Shown: positions 12,400 to 25,989, counted from the first letter of the whole stretch. The stretch is DNA of 63,761 nucleotides, filler included, from Chiloscyllium plagiosum (GCF_004010195.1; 4 parts of one record of this genome joined end to end with filler, not necessarily neighbours in it), one strand, 5' to 3'. The notes: generated from the sequence alone by a model not told the origin. Translations and numbers: made by a program.

Positions 12400-14670
12400 G
12401 AAAAGAAAGGAGAACTCAGGAGCAGTTATTAAAGTCTCCAGAATACAAAACAGGACAGTGTTTGGAAAGGGTTAGGATTCAAACTTTAAGCATACTGGAT
12501 AAAGGGATAATAATGAGAAGAGGAATGGTAAATATAGGATTGAAACTGTTGTATCTGAATGCACACAGCATATGAAATAAAGTAAATGAACTCGCGGCGC
12601 AGATCGAAATTGACAGATATGATGTGGTGGGCATCACAGTGACATGGCTGCAGGGAGATCAGGACTGGGAGCTAAATATTCAAGGATATACATCCTATGG
12701 AAAAGAAAGACAGGGGGCAAAAGGGGTGGGGTTGCCTTATTAGTAAGAAGTGAAATTAAATCAATAGCAAGAAATGATGTAGGGTCAGATGAAATATAAT
12801 CTGTGTGCATTGAGTTGAGGAACCTCAAAGGTTAAAAAACAAAAGTGGGAGTTCTGTACAGGCCTCCAAACAGTAGTCAGGATGTGAGGCACATGATACA
12901 CCAGGAGATAGAAAGGGTTTATAAGAAAGGCAAGGTTACAGTGATCATGAGTAATTTCTTTATGCAGATGGACTGGGAAAATCAGGTTGGTAGTGGTTTA
13001 CAAGATAGGGAATTTGTGGAATGTCTACAAGATGACTTTTTGGAGCAGAATGTGATGGAGCCCACGAGGGAACCGGCAATACTGGATTTAGTGTTGTGCA
13101 ATGTGGCAGGCTTGATAAGGAAGCTTGAGGTGAAGGAACCCTTAGGAGGCAATGGCCATAACAAGATAGAATTTACTCTGCAATTTGAGGGGGAGAAGGT
13201 GGAATCAGATATAACAGCTTTAAAGCTGAATAAATGCAACTACTGAGGCATGAGGGAGGAGCTGACCAGAATTGACTGGGGGAGGAGCCCAGCAGGAAAG
13301 ACAGTGGAACAGCAATAGCAGGAGTTTCTGGGAGTAATTCAGGAGACACAATAAATATTCATCCTGAGGAAAAAGAAGCATACGAAAATGTTAGAATTCT
13401 TTGAGAAAGTAAGGAGCACATTAGACCAAGGACAGCCAATGGATGTTATCTATCTGGAATTTGACAAGGTGCTGCACAGGAAGCTATTGAATAGGATAAA
13501 GGCCCATGGTGCTAGCATGGATAGATGCTTAACTGTCTGACAGAAAGCAGAGTGGGGATAAGAATGGCAGCCGGTGAGGAATGGTGTTCTGCAAGTGTCA
13601 GTGTTGCGACCACAACTTTTCATTTTATACATTAATGATCTGAATGAAGGAACTGAGGGCAATCTGGCCGCGTTTGCAAAGGATACAAAGATAGGTGGAG
13701 GGACATGTAATATTGAAGAGGCAGGGAGGATACAGAAGGACTTAGACAGGTTAGGACAGCGGGCAAAAAAGTGGCAGACGGAATACAATTTGGGAAAGTG
13801 TGAGGTCATGCACTTTCATAGGAAGAATAGAGGCATGGACTATTTTCTAAATGGGTAGAAAATTCAGAAATCTGAAGTGCAAAGGGTCTTGGAAGTTCTA
13901 GTCCAGGATTCTCTTGAGGGAAACTTACAGGTTGAGTTGGTAGTTAGGAAGCAATTGCAGTGTTCCATTTATTTTGAGAGGACTAGAATATAAAAGCAGG
14001 GATGTACTTCTGAGGTTTTACATGGCTCTGGTCAGACCACATTTGGATTATTGTGAGAATTTTGGGCTCCATACCTCAGGAAGATGTATTGACCCTGAAG
14101 TGGACCTCAGAGGAGGTTAACCAGAATCACGTTACAGCCACCACATGTTTTAAAAGTTCATGCTTTAGAAACAGTGTCCCCAATTTTTCAAACATGATAC
14201 AGTAAATACACATCAACGAAACATGTGTTACAGCAGAAAGACCTGCATGAGAAATGTTTGAGGACTCTGGGTCTATACTTGATGGAGTTTAGAAGGATGA
14301 GGGAGGGATCTAATTGAAACTTATAGAGTACTGAATGGCCTGGACAGAGTGGACATTGGGAAGATGTTTTCATTAACAGGAGAAACTAGGACCTGAGGGC
14401 CCAGCTTTAGAGTAAGCGGAAGACCCTTAAGAACAGAGGTGAGCTAGAGAGAGGTGAATCTATAAAAGTCATTGCCACAGAAGGCTGTGGAGGCCAGATT
14501 ATTGAGTATATTTAAGACTGAGATAGATAGGATGTTGATTGTCAAGGGGATCAAAGGCTATGGGGAGAAAGTGGGAGAAAAAGGTTAAGAAAGTTATCAG
14601 CCATGTTTGAATGGCAGAGCAGACCCGATGGACCAAATTGTCTAATTATTCTCCTACATCTTACGGTCTT
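12400..14670 (+). mobile_element. CR1 ORF2 (APE endonuclease plus RT), internally deleted
   Basis: GVLYRPPNS, EPTREPAILDLVL, PQLFILYINDL, FAKDTKIGG, W...YNLGKCEVMHF; tcttacggtctt tail. Confidence 0.92.
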
Positions 14671-14924
14671 CCCTTTGTATCTTTAGGTATGGCATTCGAA
14701 GCATCCCTCTCCAGGCAGTCATTTAATTTACATATGCAATAGTTTTGGCTGTATTTTTAAAAATGCACATTTTGGAATTACAAGTTAAAATATTCACAGT
14801 CCTTAGGGTCATGGTTAGGATGTCTATCGTCTGTACTCTCCTCTTCTTTTGTGCTATTGCGAGTTTTCTGTCTGTGGCCAAGAAAAAGCAGAGAACCTCC
14901 AGGTATTTGTTCACTGTCATTACA

Positions 14925-15200
14925 GTCATAGAGTCATAGCGATGTCCAACATGAAAACAGACCCTTCAGTCCTCACCGACCAAATATTCTAAATATTAAT
15001 CTAGTTTCACTTGCCAGTATTTGGCCTATATCACTCTTAAACCCTTCCTATTCATATACCTATCCAGATGCCTTTTAAATGTTTAGTTGTACCGGCCTCC
15101 ACCACTTCCTCTGGCAATTCATTCCATATATGCACCACCTCTGTGTAAAAAGACTTGCCTGTTCGGTCTCTTTTAAATCTTTCCCCTCACCTTAAATCTT
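14925..15200 (-). mobile_element. CR1 3' end fragment
   Basis: (tctatgac)n-type tail; same subfamily as 32327-33080 and 35719-36632. Confidence 0.8.
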
Positions 15201-16280
15201 GATAAAGTACAAAAGTCACGCTAGGCATGACTTGCAATTAAAAGCTTGCCTTTTGATGATTAATTGTAGACATTTAAGAAGGTTGTAACCAGTGATAATC
15301 ACATTCTTTTCTAACTTGTTGCACTTTCGAGGAACTACCTTAATAATCTGCATTCCACTGAATCACCCTTGCAGCTGGGAAACAGAATCTCCATTTTCAG
15401 CTCATCTCAAGAAGAAGGAAATCTCTGCCTCAGATTGATTATTTCATTCTGTCACACCCAAAGGTTTCAAATAACCAAGTTTACTTGTAGAGGCAAATAT
15501 TGCCAGGCAAGAGTTAATTTCTCATATCAATCATTGCTTCAAAAAAATTTAAGAAAGGTGGTTTTACAAGGTTACAAGTTTAAGATGTAGTGTCAAATTA
15601 CAGCATAACATTTAAATACTGGACAATTTTAGAAACATTGCAGTAGGTAGTGAGTACAGAATCTAGTGTTCCTGTTAAGTAAGAATCAAACCCATCACAG
15701 ACCAGCTGGTCTCCTCCCCAATTATAGTTTGCCAGGCATCCCATCTGCAGCCTTCAAAAAGCTCTGGAGGAGGTGATTTTGTATTTCCTGGGGCTCATAT
15801 ATTTCTCTCATGTGGTTGCACATTGCAGCTATGAGGTGGTATCATGCAGAGCAGTTGGAGGCCTCCTATTGTAAATACAAATGTGAAGCGTTGGAAGGTT
15901 TGAATTTTGTTTGTTTATTTTTAACTAAGGAGCAGCTGACTGCTTTTCACCTAAGCTGATCAAAGCAATAATTTCTCTTGGCAAGTATCCAGTAATCAGT
16001 CAGGTTTACATCTCTGCAGGCTGAAATTTCAAAGCTCCTGTCAGACAGCAGCGGTATGGTGTGGGGATGGGCCGAAAGGTTTCTGACATGTCAGTTTAAA
16101 GGTGTCAACTTTGGAGCAGGAAATAGTCATGAGGGTGGGCCAGGACTTCGGCTTTCCTCCCTATTGACGCCAACGAAAACTGTTACCAAACCCATTCAGA
16201 GCTCGTCCAGAGGTGTTCTTGCCATTTCTTAGTGGGGCAAGCAGGTTTAAACACTGGCCGGCTGAAGACAAGTGGATAAA

Positions 16281-16423
16281 TGCAGACATTTGTGAAGGAG
16301 GCTCCCAAGCACTGAGGATGTCACCTAGAAAGGGGACGAAACGTTTGCAACACAAATTCCCAGCTCGGCGAACAGAACCACAACAATGAGCACCCGAGCT
16401 ACAAATCTTCTCACAAACTTTGA
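16281..16423 (+). mobile_element. 143-bp PLE-terminus insertion with hammerhead and 13-bp TSD
   Basis: acaagtggataaa at 16268-16280 and 16424-16436. Body nearly identical to 208-335. Confidence 0.85.
16309..16348 (+). ncRNA. Minimal type I hammerhead ribozyme
   Basis: gca/tgc helix I, CTGAGGA, gtc/gac-closed helix II, GAAAC-GTT with palindromic ACGT helix III. Predicted cut after 16345. Confidence 0.75.
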
Positions 16424-16689
16424 ACAAGTGGATAAAGACTGGTGAGACACTCATACCTTCCCCAGGACATCAGCCTGACCAAGAGGGTCTGCAGGACAGA
16501 ACTTGATTTCCCACTTAGCGCTGTTGCTGGCATTTGCAGTTGGACACTCAGCGCACAGTCTTTGAAGGCTGGTCAGCACCCTCTGATGTCATAACGACCC
16601 AAGAGAAAAGGCCAAGACTGCCAAAGAAAACTGGCAGCAACCTGTCCGCTGCAGTTACTCCAACTGGCAAACCAGCTTGTCGAGTTTTG

Positions 16690-17850
16690 GGTCCTGCTGA
16701 GATGAGGGGAAACATCCTCCACAGGAAGGCCGAACAGCAGGCATCAGCAGGTATGTAAGACCAAAGAGGTGCAGGGCCAACAATAGCAGCCATGCCCTCA
16801 ACAAATGATGGGTCTATTGGGAGATAATTCAAAAGCAGGGTCACAGGAAACCGCATCTCACCAGACAGATGGTCACAGGCATCAGCGCCATCCTCACTAA
16901 TGCCCTCATACCTTGCCGCACAGCTCACTCATACCAGCAGGCACCGATGGGTCTTGAACTACTTCGCTTCTATTGTGTCCTGTGAACCCTGATGGGATCA
17001 AAAATGACTGCCCACCACTGCATCTTATTGGTCAACGATACACTTTTTGTTAGAGCTGGGCCACACATTTATTCGGTGAAAGTGAGGACTGCAGTTGCTG
17101 GAGATTAGAGTCAAGAGTGTGGTGCTGGAAAAGCACAGCAGGTCAGGCAGCATCCGAGGTTGGTCCTCTGAATTCCTGGTGAAGGGCTTTTGCCTGAAAC
17201 ATTGATTTTCCTGCTCCTCAGATGCTGCCTGACCTGCCGTGCTTTTCCAGCACGGCACACTTTTTTATTCACCAACCAATGTGGGGACAGAAAGCCCTGG
17301 GTTTTGACTGTTGCTGATTTTTGTAGATGCATGGTATCACTGATAGCACTCACGTAGCAACCAAATTGCCCAGTGACTGCCCACTCAGATTTATCATGGT
17401 GAAGGACTTTGAGTCCCTCAATATCTAACTGAACCATGACCACAAAAAGAGCTTTCTTTAGGTGTGTTCTCATTTTCCTCGTAATTTGCATGACTCATTT
17501 AAGCTCTGATAGTCCAGGCTGCCTCAGATCTTCACTTCAAATGCCAGTGTGTAGATATACCCTAGAGTTTAATGGGACTTCTCTGAAGACATGCCTGCTC
17601 AGCCCTTTTTGCAAGTTGCAGACAGGTGCACAGAGATATTACTACCAATGTCATATGTTCAGTACGACCACCAAGTAGGCCATCAGATTTTTCTTGGTTG
17701 TGTTTCTGGTGCCTGGACTGATTGAGTGGTGCACCTCAGTCATTGTGAGGTTCTGCTGATCCCTCTATAACATGCTTTTTCAAAGAGGTCTGTACCTTGA
17801 GGATGTTGAGGCCCTGGAAGGAAATAGTCTTACTGGGGGAGAGCAAGAGG
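16690..17850 (+). pseudogene. PIF/Harbinger (HARBI1-like) DDE transposase relic
   Basis: Ordered motifs: LTRQMVTGISAIL, LNYFAS, HGITDSTHVATKLP..KDFESLNI*L..D, FPRNLHDSF, SLKTCLLSPF..QTGAQRYY, CFWCLD*LSGAPQ, IVRFC*SLYN. These match G.IDcTH / PGS.HD / RFRCL / C.LHN. Confidence 0.85.
17077..17262. mobile_element. Fold-back PLE-terminus insertion inside the Harbinger relic
   Basis: gtgctggaaaagcacagcaggtcaggcagcatc is inverted by gatgctgcctgacctgccgtgcttttccagcac. Decayed core CTGGTGAagggcttttgcctGAAAcatt. Confidence 0.8.
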
Positions 17851-17853
17851 TGA

Positions 17854-19123
17854 GAAAGTTCCTGCAGATTGGAAGGATGCTAACATAACCCCACTATTTA
17901 AAAAGGGTGGGAGACAGAAAACATGCAATTATAGACTAGTGAGTATGATATCAGTAGCGGGGAAGATGTTAGAATCCATTATCAAGGATTTTATACCAGA
18001 GCACTTAGGAAATAATTGTAGAATCAGACAGAGTCAGAATGGATTTACAAAAGGGAAATCGTGCTTAACAAATCTACTGGAATTCTTCAAGGATGTAACT
18101 AGTAGAGTTGATCGGGGAATCAATGGATGTGATTTATTTGGACTTTCAGAAGGTTGTCGACAAAGTCCATCATACACTTTCATTTTACACATTAATCTAT
18201 GGGATTGGGGATAATGTATAGAGATGGATAGAAAATTTGTTAACAAGCAGGAAACAAAGAGGAAGGATCAGTGGATCTTTTCCTGAATGGCAGGCAATGT
18301 GTAACTGGGTACCGCCAGGATCGGCACTAGGACCCCAGCTATTCACAATATATGCTAATGATTTAGATGATGGAACTAAACTAATATCTCAAAGTTTGCA
18401 GATGATGGAAAACTGGGTGGAAGGGTGAGCTGTGGGCAAGATGCAGTAATATTGCAGTGTGATTTAGTCAGGCTGAAATGCATGGCAGACAAAGTATAAA
18501 GTGGATAAATGTGAGGTTATTGCCTTTGGTAGCAAGCATAGGAAGGCAGGTGATTATTGAAAAGGCTGTAAATGGAGAGAGGAGAATGGTCACTGAGAGC
18601 TTGGTGTCTGGTGCAGTTAGTGCGCAGTGCAGCAGGCAGCAAGGAAGGCAAACTTTGTGTGAGGCTTCATTGAGAGAGGATAGGAACAAGGATGTCTTGC
18701 TGCAATTATACAGGGCATTGTTGAGGATATTGTGTGCCATTTTGGTCTCCTTAAATGAGGAAGAATGTTCTAGCTATAGAGAGATTACAGCAAAAGGTTT
18801 ACCAATTTGATTCTAGGGATGGCTGGATGAAGAATGAGGAAAGGTTGAGTCAGTTAGGATTGCTCACTGGAATTTAGAAAAATGAGAGTAGAACCTCATC
18901 AAAATTTCTTCACCCAGATAGTGGTGAGGCTGTGGAATTCACTACCTCAGTGGTTGAGGCTGAAACATTGTGTTTTCAAGAAGGTTGTAGATATTGTTCC
19001 TGTGGTTAAAGAGATCAAGGGATATGAGGGAATGGTGGAATTAAGGTATTGAGCTCAATCATACTGAGTGGATGAACAGTCTTGAAGGGCTGAATGGCCT
19101 ACTTTTGCCCCATCTCATATGGT
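17854..19123 (+). mobile_element. 5'-truncated CR1 (RT to 3' UTR)
   Basis: SQNGFTKGKSCLTNLLEFF, VPPGSALGPQLFTIYANDL. Flanked by gaggtga on both sides (possible TSD). Confidence 0.9.
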
Positions 19124-19249
19124 TAGGAGGTGAAAGAAGAGGGAGAGAGCTGCTTCTATCATGTGATGGGAATGGACTTCTCCTGCCATCCTACAGAAAG
19201 AGGGAACTGTAGTCAGTAAGGGCTGCATGGTCAGATTATGCCTGAGTGA

Positions 19250-22200
19250 TACATAAACCAAGAGAGAGTAAATAGTTCATGTGGGAATTCACTGCATGGG
19301 AAAAGAAGTGCTTAAAGTAAGGTTAAATACAATTAGTGAAGAGTGACAAGTGTTAGTTGGACTTATCAGTACTCGAGTGTTTATCAATAGTTAAAAAGTT
19401 TATTGAGTTAAGACAAAGTGAAATAAAGCAAAGAGAACACAAGTTCTATTGTTTAGAACAATGCAAAGAACACAGCAAAGAGGAATAACGTTAAGGCATG
19501 GCAGAGCAGCTTGGTTGTGTGGCATGTTATGTGGGAAGTCATGAACATTATTGGTGCCCTAGATGATCACATTTGCAGGAAGTGCAACCACTTACAGAAA
19601 TTAAACCTCCAGGTATTGGAGATCTAGCAGTGGCTAGAGTCACTGTGGTGCATCTTCAAGACCAAGAGCTGTGTTTGTAGAGTGTTCAGTGAGGTAGAAA
19701 AAAATGACATGTGAAGAACATGGAGACAGAAAGTGAATGAGTCACTGTCGGACAGTCCAAGAGAACCAGACAGTTGGGTGCAGAGTCCCTCAAAGTGCCC
19801 CTCAATAATTTGTTTTCCATGTTGAATTCCAAGGAGGGCATTTGCTCTTGGAGTGAAGTCACAGCCAAGTTTGTGACATCATAGACTGAGTAATCAAATC
19901 AGCATGAATGCTGTGAAGAATAAAATCCTGGAATGTGTATGAGACAGGTTCTTGGAACAGCATGTTGAGCAGCCAGTAAGTGATTGGATTATTTTGGATT
20001 TAGTGTTGTGTAATAAGGCAGGGATAATGAACAACCTTGCTGTAAGGGGGCCGTTGAGAAATAATGACCAGGATATGGTAGAATTTCACATTGAATCCGG
20101 TGTGTTCATTTTGGAACTTGGTTCTTTAAATTCAAAGAAAGGAAATTATGAACATATGGCTCACAGCAAAGACATATTCCCAGAAGGAAGAAGGAGTCTA
20201 GGTAGGGGATAAGCTAACCATGGTTAACCTGGGAAGTTTAAAAATAGCATCGGATTGAAAGAAAAGAACTTACAAGTAGCAGAGGTTAGTGGTAAACTAA
20301 AGATTGGGAAGAACTTTAAAAAAACCAACAAAAGACAACTAGGAAAGAGAAAATAAACTTTGAGGGTAAGCTTGCCAGTAATATCAAAATGGATAGCAAG
20401 AACTTCTTGAAACATATTAAAAAGGCAGAGAGAGGTCAAATTGAACATTGGCCTCTTAAGGGAAGAGGCTGGGGAAACAATAATTGGGAACTAGGAAATA
20501 GAAGAGGAGTTGAATAAATACTTTCCATCATTCTTCATAACCAATGCCACTAATAACTTCCCCAAATTACTAAATATTCAAGGGCAAAAAGAAGAGAAGA
20601 AACAAATACAATAAATATCATTTGAGAAAAAGTGCTAGAGAAACTAATAGGACTAAAGACTAGTACTCTCCTGGATCTGATGGGATGCATCCTAGATATT
20701 AAAGGAAGTAGCTACAGAGGTAGTGACTGCACTGACAGTAATCTTCCAAGAATCCTTACATTGTGGAAAGTTCCCAGAGGATTGGAAGCTGCCACTGTAA
20801 CAACCATTATTTGAAAGGAAGGAGGCAAAAAAAGGTAACGACAGTATAGGCCAGTTAGCTTAACATCTGTATTGGGAAAGCAAAATAATCTACAATAAAG
20901 GATGCAATAACAACCCATTTAGAAATGCATAATATGATCGAGCAGATTCAGCATGGCTTCATTAAAGTGTGATGTTGTGGAGGTGCCAATGTTGCACTGA
21001 GATGGACAAAGACAAATTATAGCCCAAAAGGTTTATTTGAAATCACCACTAGCTTTCATTGCTGCTCGTTCATCAGGTAAAGTGAAGTGAAGACTTCACC
21101 TGATGAAAGAGCAGTGCCCTGAAAGTTTGTGATTTCAAATAAGCTTGTTGGACGAAAACCTGGTGTCATGTGACTTTGAATTCATTAAGAGAATTAATGC
21201 CTGACCAATTTACGAAACTCTTTGAGGAGGTAATAAGCAGGATAGATAAAGGGAAAGCAGTGTATATAATATATTCAGATTTTCAGAAGGCATGTGGTAA
21301 CGTACCACACAATAGGCTATTTAATACGATTAGAGCCCATAGAGTTGGAAGTAGTATATTAGCATGAGTAGAGGATTGGCTAACTATTTGAAGACAGAGA
21401 GTTGGGATAAGGAAGCCATTTTCAGATTAGCAAGTGGTAACTAGTGGTGTGCCACACGGCTTACTATGTGGCCACAACTATTTACAAGGTAACTTAATGT
21501 GTTGGATGAGGAAAATTAATGTAGTATAGGCAATTTTGCATTTGACTCAAAAATAGCTGAGAAGGTAAGTGATGAGGATGAGTCACAGGATCTGCAGAGT
21601 GATATACTCAGGTTATGTCAGCAAAAAGTTGGCAAATGGAAGACAATGTGGGGAAAGGTGAGGTTATGCACTTTGGCAGGAAGAATAGAGGAGCTAAATA
21701 TTATTTAAAAGGGGATAAATTGTAGAAACATTATAGATCACAGGGCTATGGGATTTCTCATCCATGAATCACAAAGAGCTAGCATCCAATTTCAATAGGT
21801 AAAGGGAATGCAAATGGAATGTTGACATTTTATTTCAAAGAAAATGGAGAATCAGAGGAGAAAAGTTTTGCTAAAACTACACAAGACAACAGTCAGACCT
21901 CAGCTAGAATATTATGAACAGTTTTAGGATTCTTATTTAACAAAAGATATATTGGGATTGAATGTAATCCAGAGAATATTCAGTAGGTTGACATGTGTGT
22001 GGAGATTCTGTCTTATGAGAAGAGATTAAATAGTTTGGCCCTGTATTAATTAGAATTTAGAAGAATGAGAGACGACTTTATTGAAACATGTATAATACTT
22101 AGAGAACTGAACTGGGTAATTGCAGAAAGGTCGTTTTCCATTGTGGGAGAATAGAGGACCAAAGGGCATAATCTCAGAATAAGGGGTCATACATTTGAGA

Positions 22201-22462
22201 CAGTGTTGAGGAGGAATTTCTTCTCTCAGAAGGTTATGAATTTGTGGAATACTTTATTGCAGAGAGCGGTTAAGGCTGGGTCATTAAGTATAGTCAAGGC
22301 TGAGATAGCCAAATTTGTAATGTGAAAGAGAATCAAGGGTTATAGAGCAAAGGCAGGAAAGTGGAGTTGAAAATGATCAGATCAGCTATGATCACATTGA
22401 ATAGTAAAGCAGATTTGATGGACTAAATGGCTGACTTGTGCTTCTAGGTTTTATGGTCTTAT
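19250..22462 (+). mobile_element. Long decayed CR1 with ORF1 zinc-finger remnant, endonuclease, RT and 3' tail
   Basis: Cys-rich segment near 19500-19600 (..atttgcaggaagtgcaac); ILDLVLCN..DQDMVEF; IIYSDFQKA..VPHNRL; ttatggtcttatg tail. Confidence 0.85.
20972..21178. mobile_element. Fold-back PLE-terminus insertion in CR1
   Basis: ttcatcaggt faces acctgatgaa, with inverted tttgaaatcac/gtgatttcaaa. Flanked by ttcattaa on both sides. Confidence 0.75.
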
Positions 22463-23035
22463 GAGTGGTGTCCTCCTCTTGCTATGTTCCCTCACAACCT
22501 TGAGCATTGGATCTTAGTCAGTATCAATGAAGGGCGGGTCAGTCCTTCCCCAAGAAGCAGGTCTTCAAGGTTCCTGCAACAAATTGTTTCTTTCTGGTGA
22601 TGTAGAGGGTTTTGACCAAAAGCACCAAACACCGAGCTGACCCACCTCTCCTCTGGCTTCAAATGGACAGAAAGCTTAACTCCACATCAATTAATAGTTG
22701 CCCCATGTTAAAATCTGAACTTCAGTCTGAGGTGGGATTCTGATCTAAAATGAAGCCAACTCCTGTTACCTGCCTCCATGGTGGACGTTCATCCCAAATC
22801 TCCTCTTATATATGATGATAATCTTATTAGAACCATATTGCAATACCACAGCCTATGTACCTTCAACATTTTATTGGTGTTTTTGATCATAGCATCAAGT
22901 TTATTCAAAACACTGGATTTCAAAAGTATTGGCTGCCTGTATATTCTCAAATGCACACAGAGCCCTTCTAGTCTGAACATCTGTGCACTTGCAATTTGCA
23001 CTTGTAAATGAAAGGCCTTACATAACAAATGGCAT

Positions 23036-23286
23036 TGTAATGAGTTCAGTCAAGTGGACATCATAGAATGTGAGTTCCCTGATTGGGGCTGTTAATCTGG
23101 TCCAATCAGGAAGCCCTGGCTGACAGATAAAAACAGCAGTGTCTCAAAAAAAAAAACTGCAGTGTCAGACGTCCTGTACACACAGAGAGCTGGCTCTGGT
23201 GGAACTGGACCCAATGTCAAGGACTCTCCACGTATAAATAAAGAGCGACTTGGTGATGGGACAAAGGCCTCTGTGGAATTATTTCA
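23036..23286 (+). repeat. 5' LTR of the Gypsy relic
   Basis: Starts TGT, ends TTCA. Has inverted CCAAT pair (cctgattgg/ccaatcagg), TATA-like gataaaaa and AATAAA near 23237. Followed by a PBS-like sequence. Confidence 0.75.
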
Positions 23287-23287
23287 A

Positions 23288-23297
23288 TGGCAATGAG
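23288..23297 (+). promoter_or_regulatory. Primer-binding site, CpG-decayed, tRNA-Ser-like
   Basis: TGGCAATGAG equals TGGCGACGAG with both CpGs mutated, one base after the LTR end. Confidence 0.6.
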
Positions 23298-25989
23298 ACA
23301 AAAACACATTCCTGAAGAGATTCACTCACAACAGTCGAGTTGGGGGTAAACATTTCTGGCATCACACTGTTATTTGAGAAGCATGACTTATTCAATCCTG
23401 TCATCAAAGACTGGGCCCAGTTTGTGAAACAATGTCTTATTTTTTCTCGGCAAGTGTCACTGGGGACAAATGAAAAGCAACCAATCATTCTCCTGACAGC
23501 TTGTGGACCCTCAGGTTTTTCGATTACCAGGAGCCTAACTTTTCCTGAGGCACCAGGTACAAAAGCCTTTCAAGAGTTAATGGATTTAGTTAAGAAAAAT
23601 GGCGACCCCAAGCCTCTCCTAATTCTGAGATGTTATCGGTTTTACTCGACAATTCGCGAATCGGGGAATCTAAGTTAAGACAACTGGTAGAGACATGTGA
23701 TTTTGGCTTAATCCTTAATGAGATGCAGAGAGACTGTTTATTCTGTTGGATTAATGATGAAACCATGCAAAAACACTGACTAGCTGAAGCCCAACTGGAC
23801 TGCAAACAGGGATTACAACTGGCTACATCATTGGAAAATGTGGCAAGTGGAGCATTTGAGTTGAAGGGTATTGCAATGGAAGTGAACATCCTCACCAGCT
23901 TGAGTGAGCTTGGGGAACACCAGATGAATGAAGGCAATTGTATAGCCTCACTCGGGATTTATCTCGATCTGAGGGACTCCTGGTCAGCCCACAGCAAAAC
24001 CCCAAAACAAAGCCAAGCTTTGGCCAAGCAATGTAAACTTTCGTCAGAATTTGGGCTGGAAAGCCATTGTATTTGCTGTGCGACATGGACTTGAAACTGT
24101 AATAGAGTCCCATTTGATCTAAGTTGAGTAAGACAACTCATAGGCCAGTACTCCAGGAGAGTGCATATCCTGGAAAGTCTACTACATCTGGGTTTGGAAC
24201 CAAGTTATTTAGCAACATCCAAATCAGAATCAATCAAAATGAGTGTCTAGTTAGATGGTCACCCCATTCTAACAGAGGTCGATGTCAGAGCAGCCAATCC
24301 CGTGATCCTGAAAACCAGTCTTTAACAAAATTTGCTCTGGACTCCAACGCTAAAGTTTGTGCATGACCTTGATTAGACTGAAAACTTATACCAGGAAATC
24401 TTTTCAGATTAAGGGTACAACTTCAGTTCCGGTCTCTTATGAGAAGCAGCTGGTTCAGTTACCACTGATTGTAAGGCTTAGACCCAAACTTGATGGGGTG
24501 AAATTTATTGAGAAGGATTCACCTAGACTGGCTCACCATGTTTTTGGTGAGAAAATGGCTGCCTGACTGAAGTCCTAATTAAATACCTGGAAGATTTTCA
24601 GGAAGGTCCAGGGATCTTTCATCAAAGGAGCCAAGACCACCTTACATGTTCACCCGGAAGCAATTCCACAATTCTGGAAGGAGCGAGGTTAGAAGTGACT
24701 CTCCAACTTTGTTCCATTATTTGTAAATTACATCAAAGAACCACATATTCAAGATAAGCACAAGCTGCACAATGGAAAAAAATCAAAAGAGAATTTTCAG
24801 AGGTATTCATGTTATTAGAATGTGAAGTACTTTAACATAAGTTTTGGTTATTTACAGTATTCAATTAGTAATGAATATTTATTCAGAAAATAATATGAAT
24901 ATTTTAAGACAAGAAAATCAGTTGATGAGAGTAGTCAGCCACATGTATAATAATGATGTCTAATGATGATTTTAGTGTCTCGTGATTAAGTAGAGAGAAC
25001 TGAAAGGAAGCAGAAGCTGTACCAGAGTCTTAAGAGAAAATGTGTATCTACTAAGCTGTTTTAAAAAAAAATGAGGGTCTGGGAGAAACAGCTCAATTTT
25101 TTTGAACTAATCTTTGTAGTCTTGGCTGTGATGAACATTCTTCAACCATCTTCTCTTCAGTTATAGGTGGATATGCTCCATATTTCCACAAATGCTGTTT
25201 TGACTTGATATTTCTACAATGTAGTTATATTTTCCTTTTAAACTTAATAACATGTTGCTTGTAACAGACATAATTAGAATGCTTTCCAACTCTTACACAG
25301 TAATTTATTCCCAATAAAACACCAGAAGTTTCTCTGTAAAGTGTTCTTTAAAGACCTTGTGACTGCTGTGTACATCTGACAATATAATTCATAAAGAGCT
25401 ATCCATCCAATCTGACTCAGGTATGCATTGAAATTCTGGTGTATAGATGAAACTTGTGTAACAGATCTCTCATAATGCATGAAAATAAGACCATTTCTGA
25501 ATGTGGAGATGCCAGTGTTGGATTGGGGTGGACAAAGTTAAAAATCACACAACACCAGGTTGTGGTCTAACAGGTTTATTTGGAAGCCCTAGCTTTCAAA
25601 ACTGTTTCTTCATCAGTTGGTTGTGGAGCAGAATCATAAGGCACAGAATTTATAGCAACAGGATAGCAGTGTCATGAAATGTAATATTAAACATACTTAG
25701 CTCAAGCCTTTCATCTTTTAGAATGATCATGTTAGTTTTGGTTCCTTCATATGTAAATCCCAGAACGTTTTAAAAGTTACATTCTCAAGATAGCTTTAAC
25801 AATAGGTGTCATCCCACTTTAGATAATGCAGTGAAGGTGTGAAGTTAAAGTCTGTCTGTGTCCCAATGTTAGGTCAGACTGAACCTATTTCTAAAGTGGG
25901 ATTTCCAGAACCTTACATGGATTTATGCAGTTTTTGAACAAAATAAAATGTAATTCTGCAAGTACAAATTCACCCCACCAACTTATATG

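Larger units (their letters stand above)
23036..24680 (+). mobile_element. Gypsy (Mag-like) LTR retrotransposon relic: 5' LTR, PBS, gag, protease; 3' part missing
   Basis: gag-like FNPVIKDWAQFV..ILLTACG..P.TKAFQELMDLVK..DPKP....YRFY; protease-like LKTYT..FQIKG..SVPVSYEKQLVQLPLIV. Confidence 0.85.

Noticed and set aside
14128..14245. Short non-CR1 patch with gttacagc repeated and a small inverted repeat
   Set aside because: The inverted repeat is not terminal and the host CR1 is not cleanly restored; insufficient for a MITE call.
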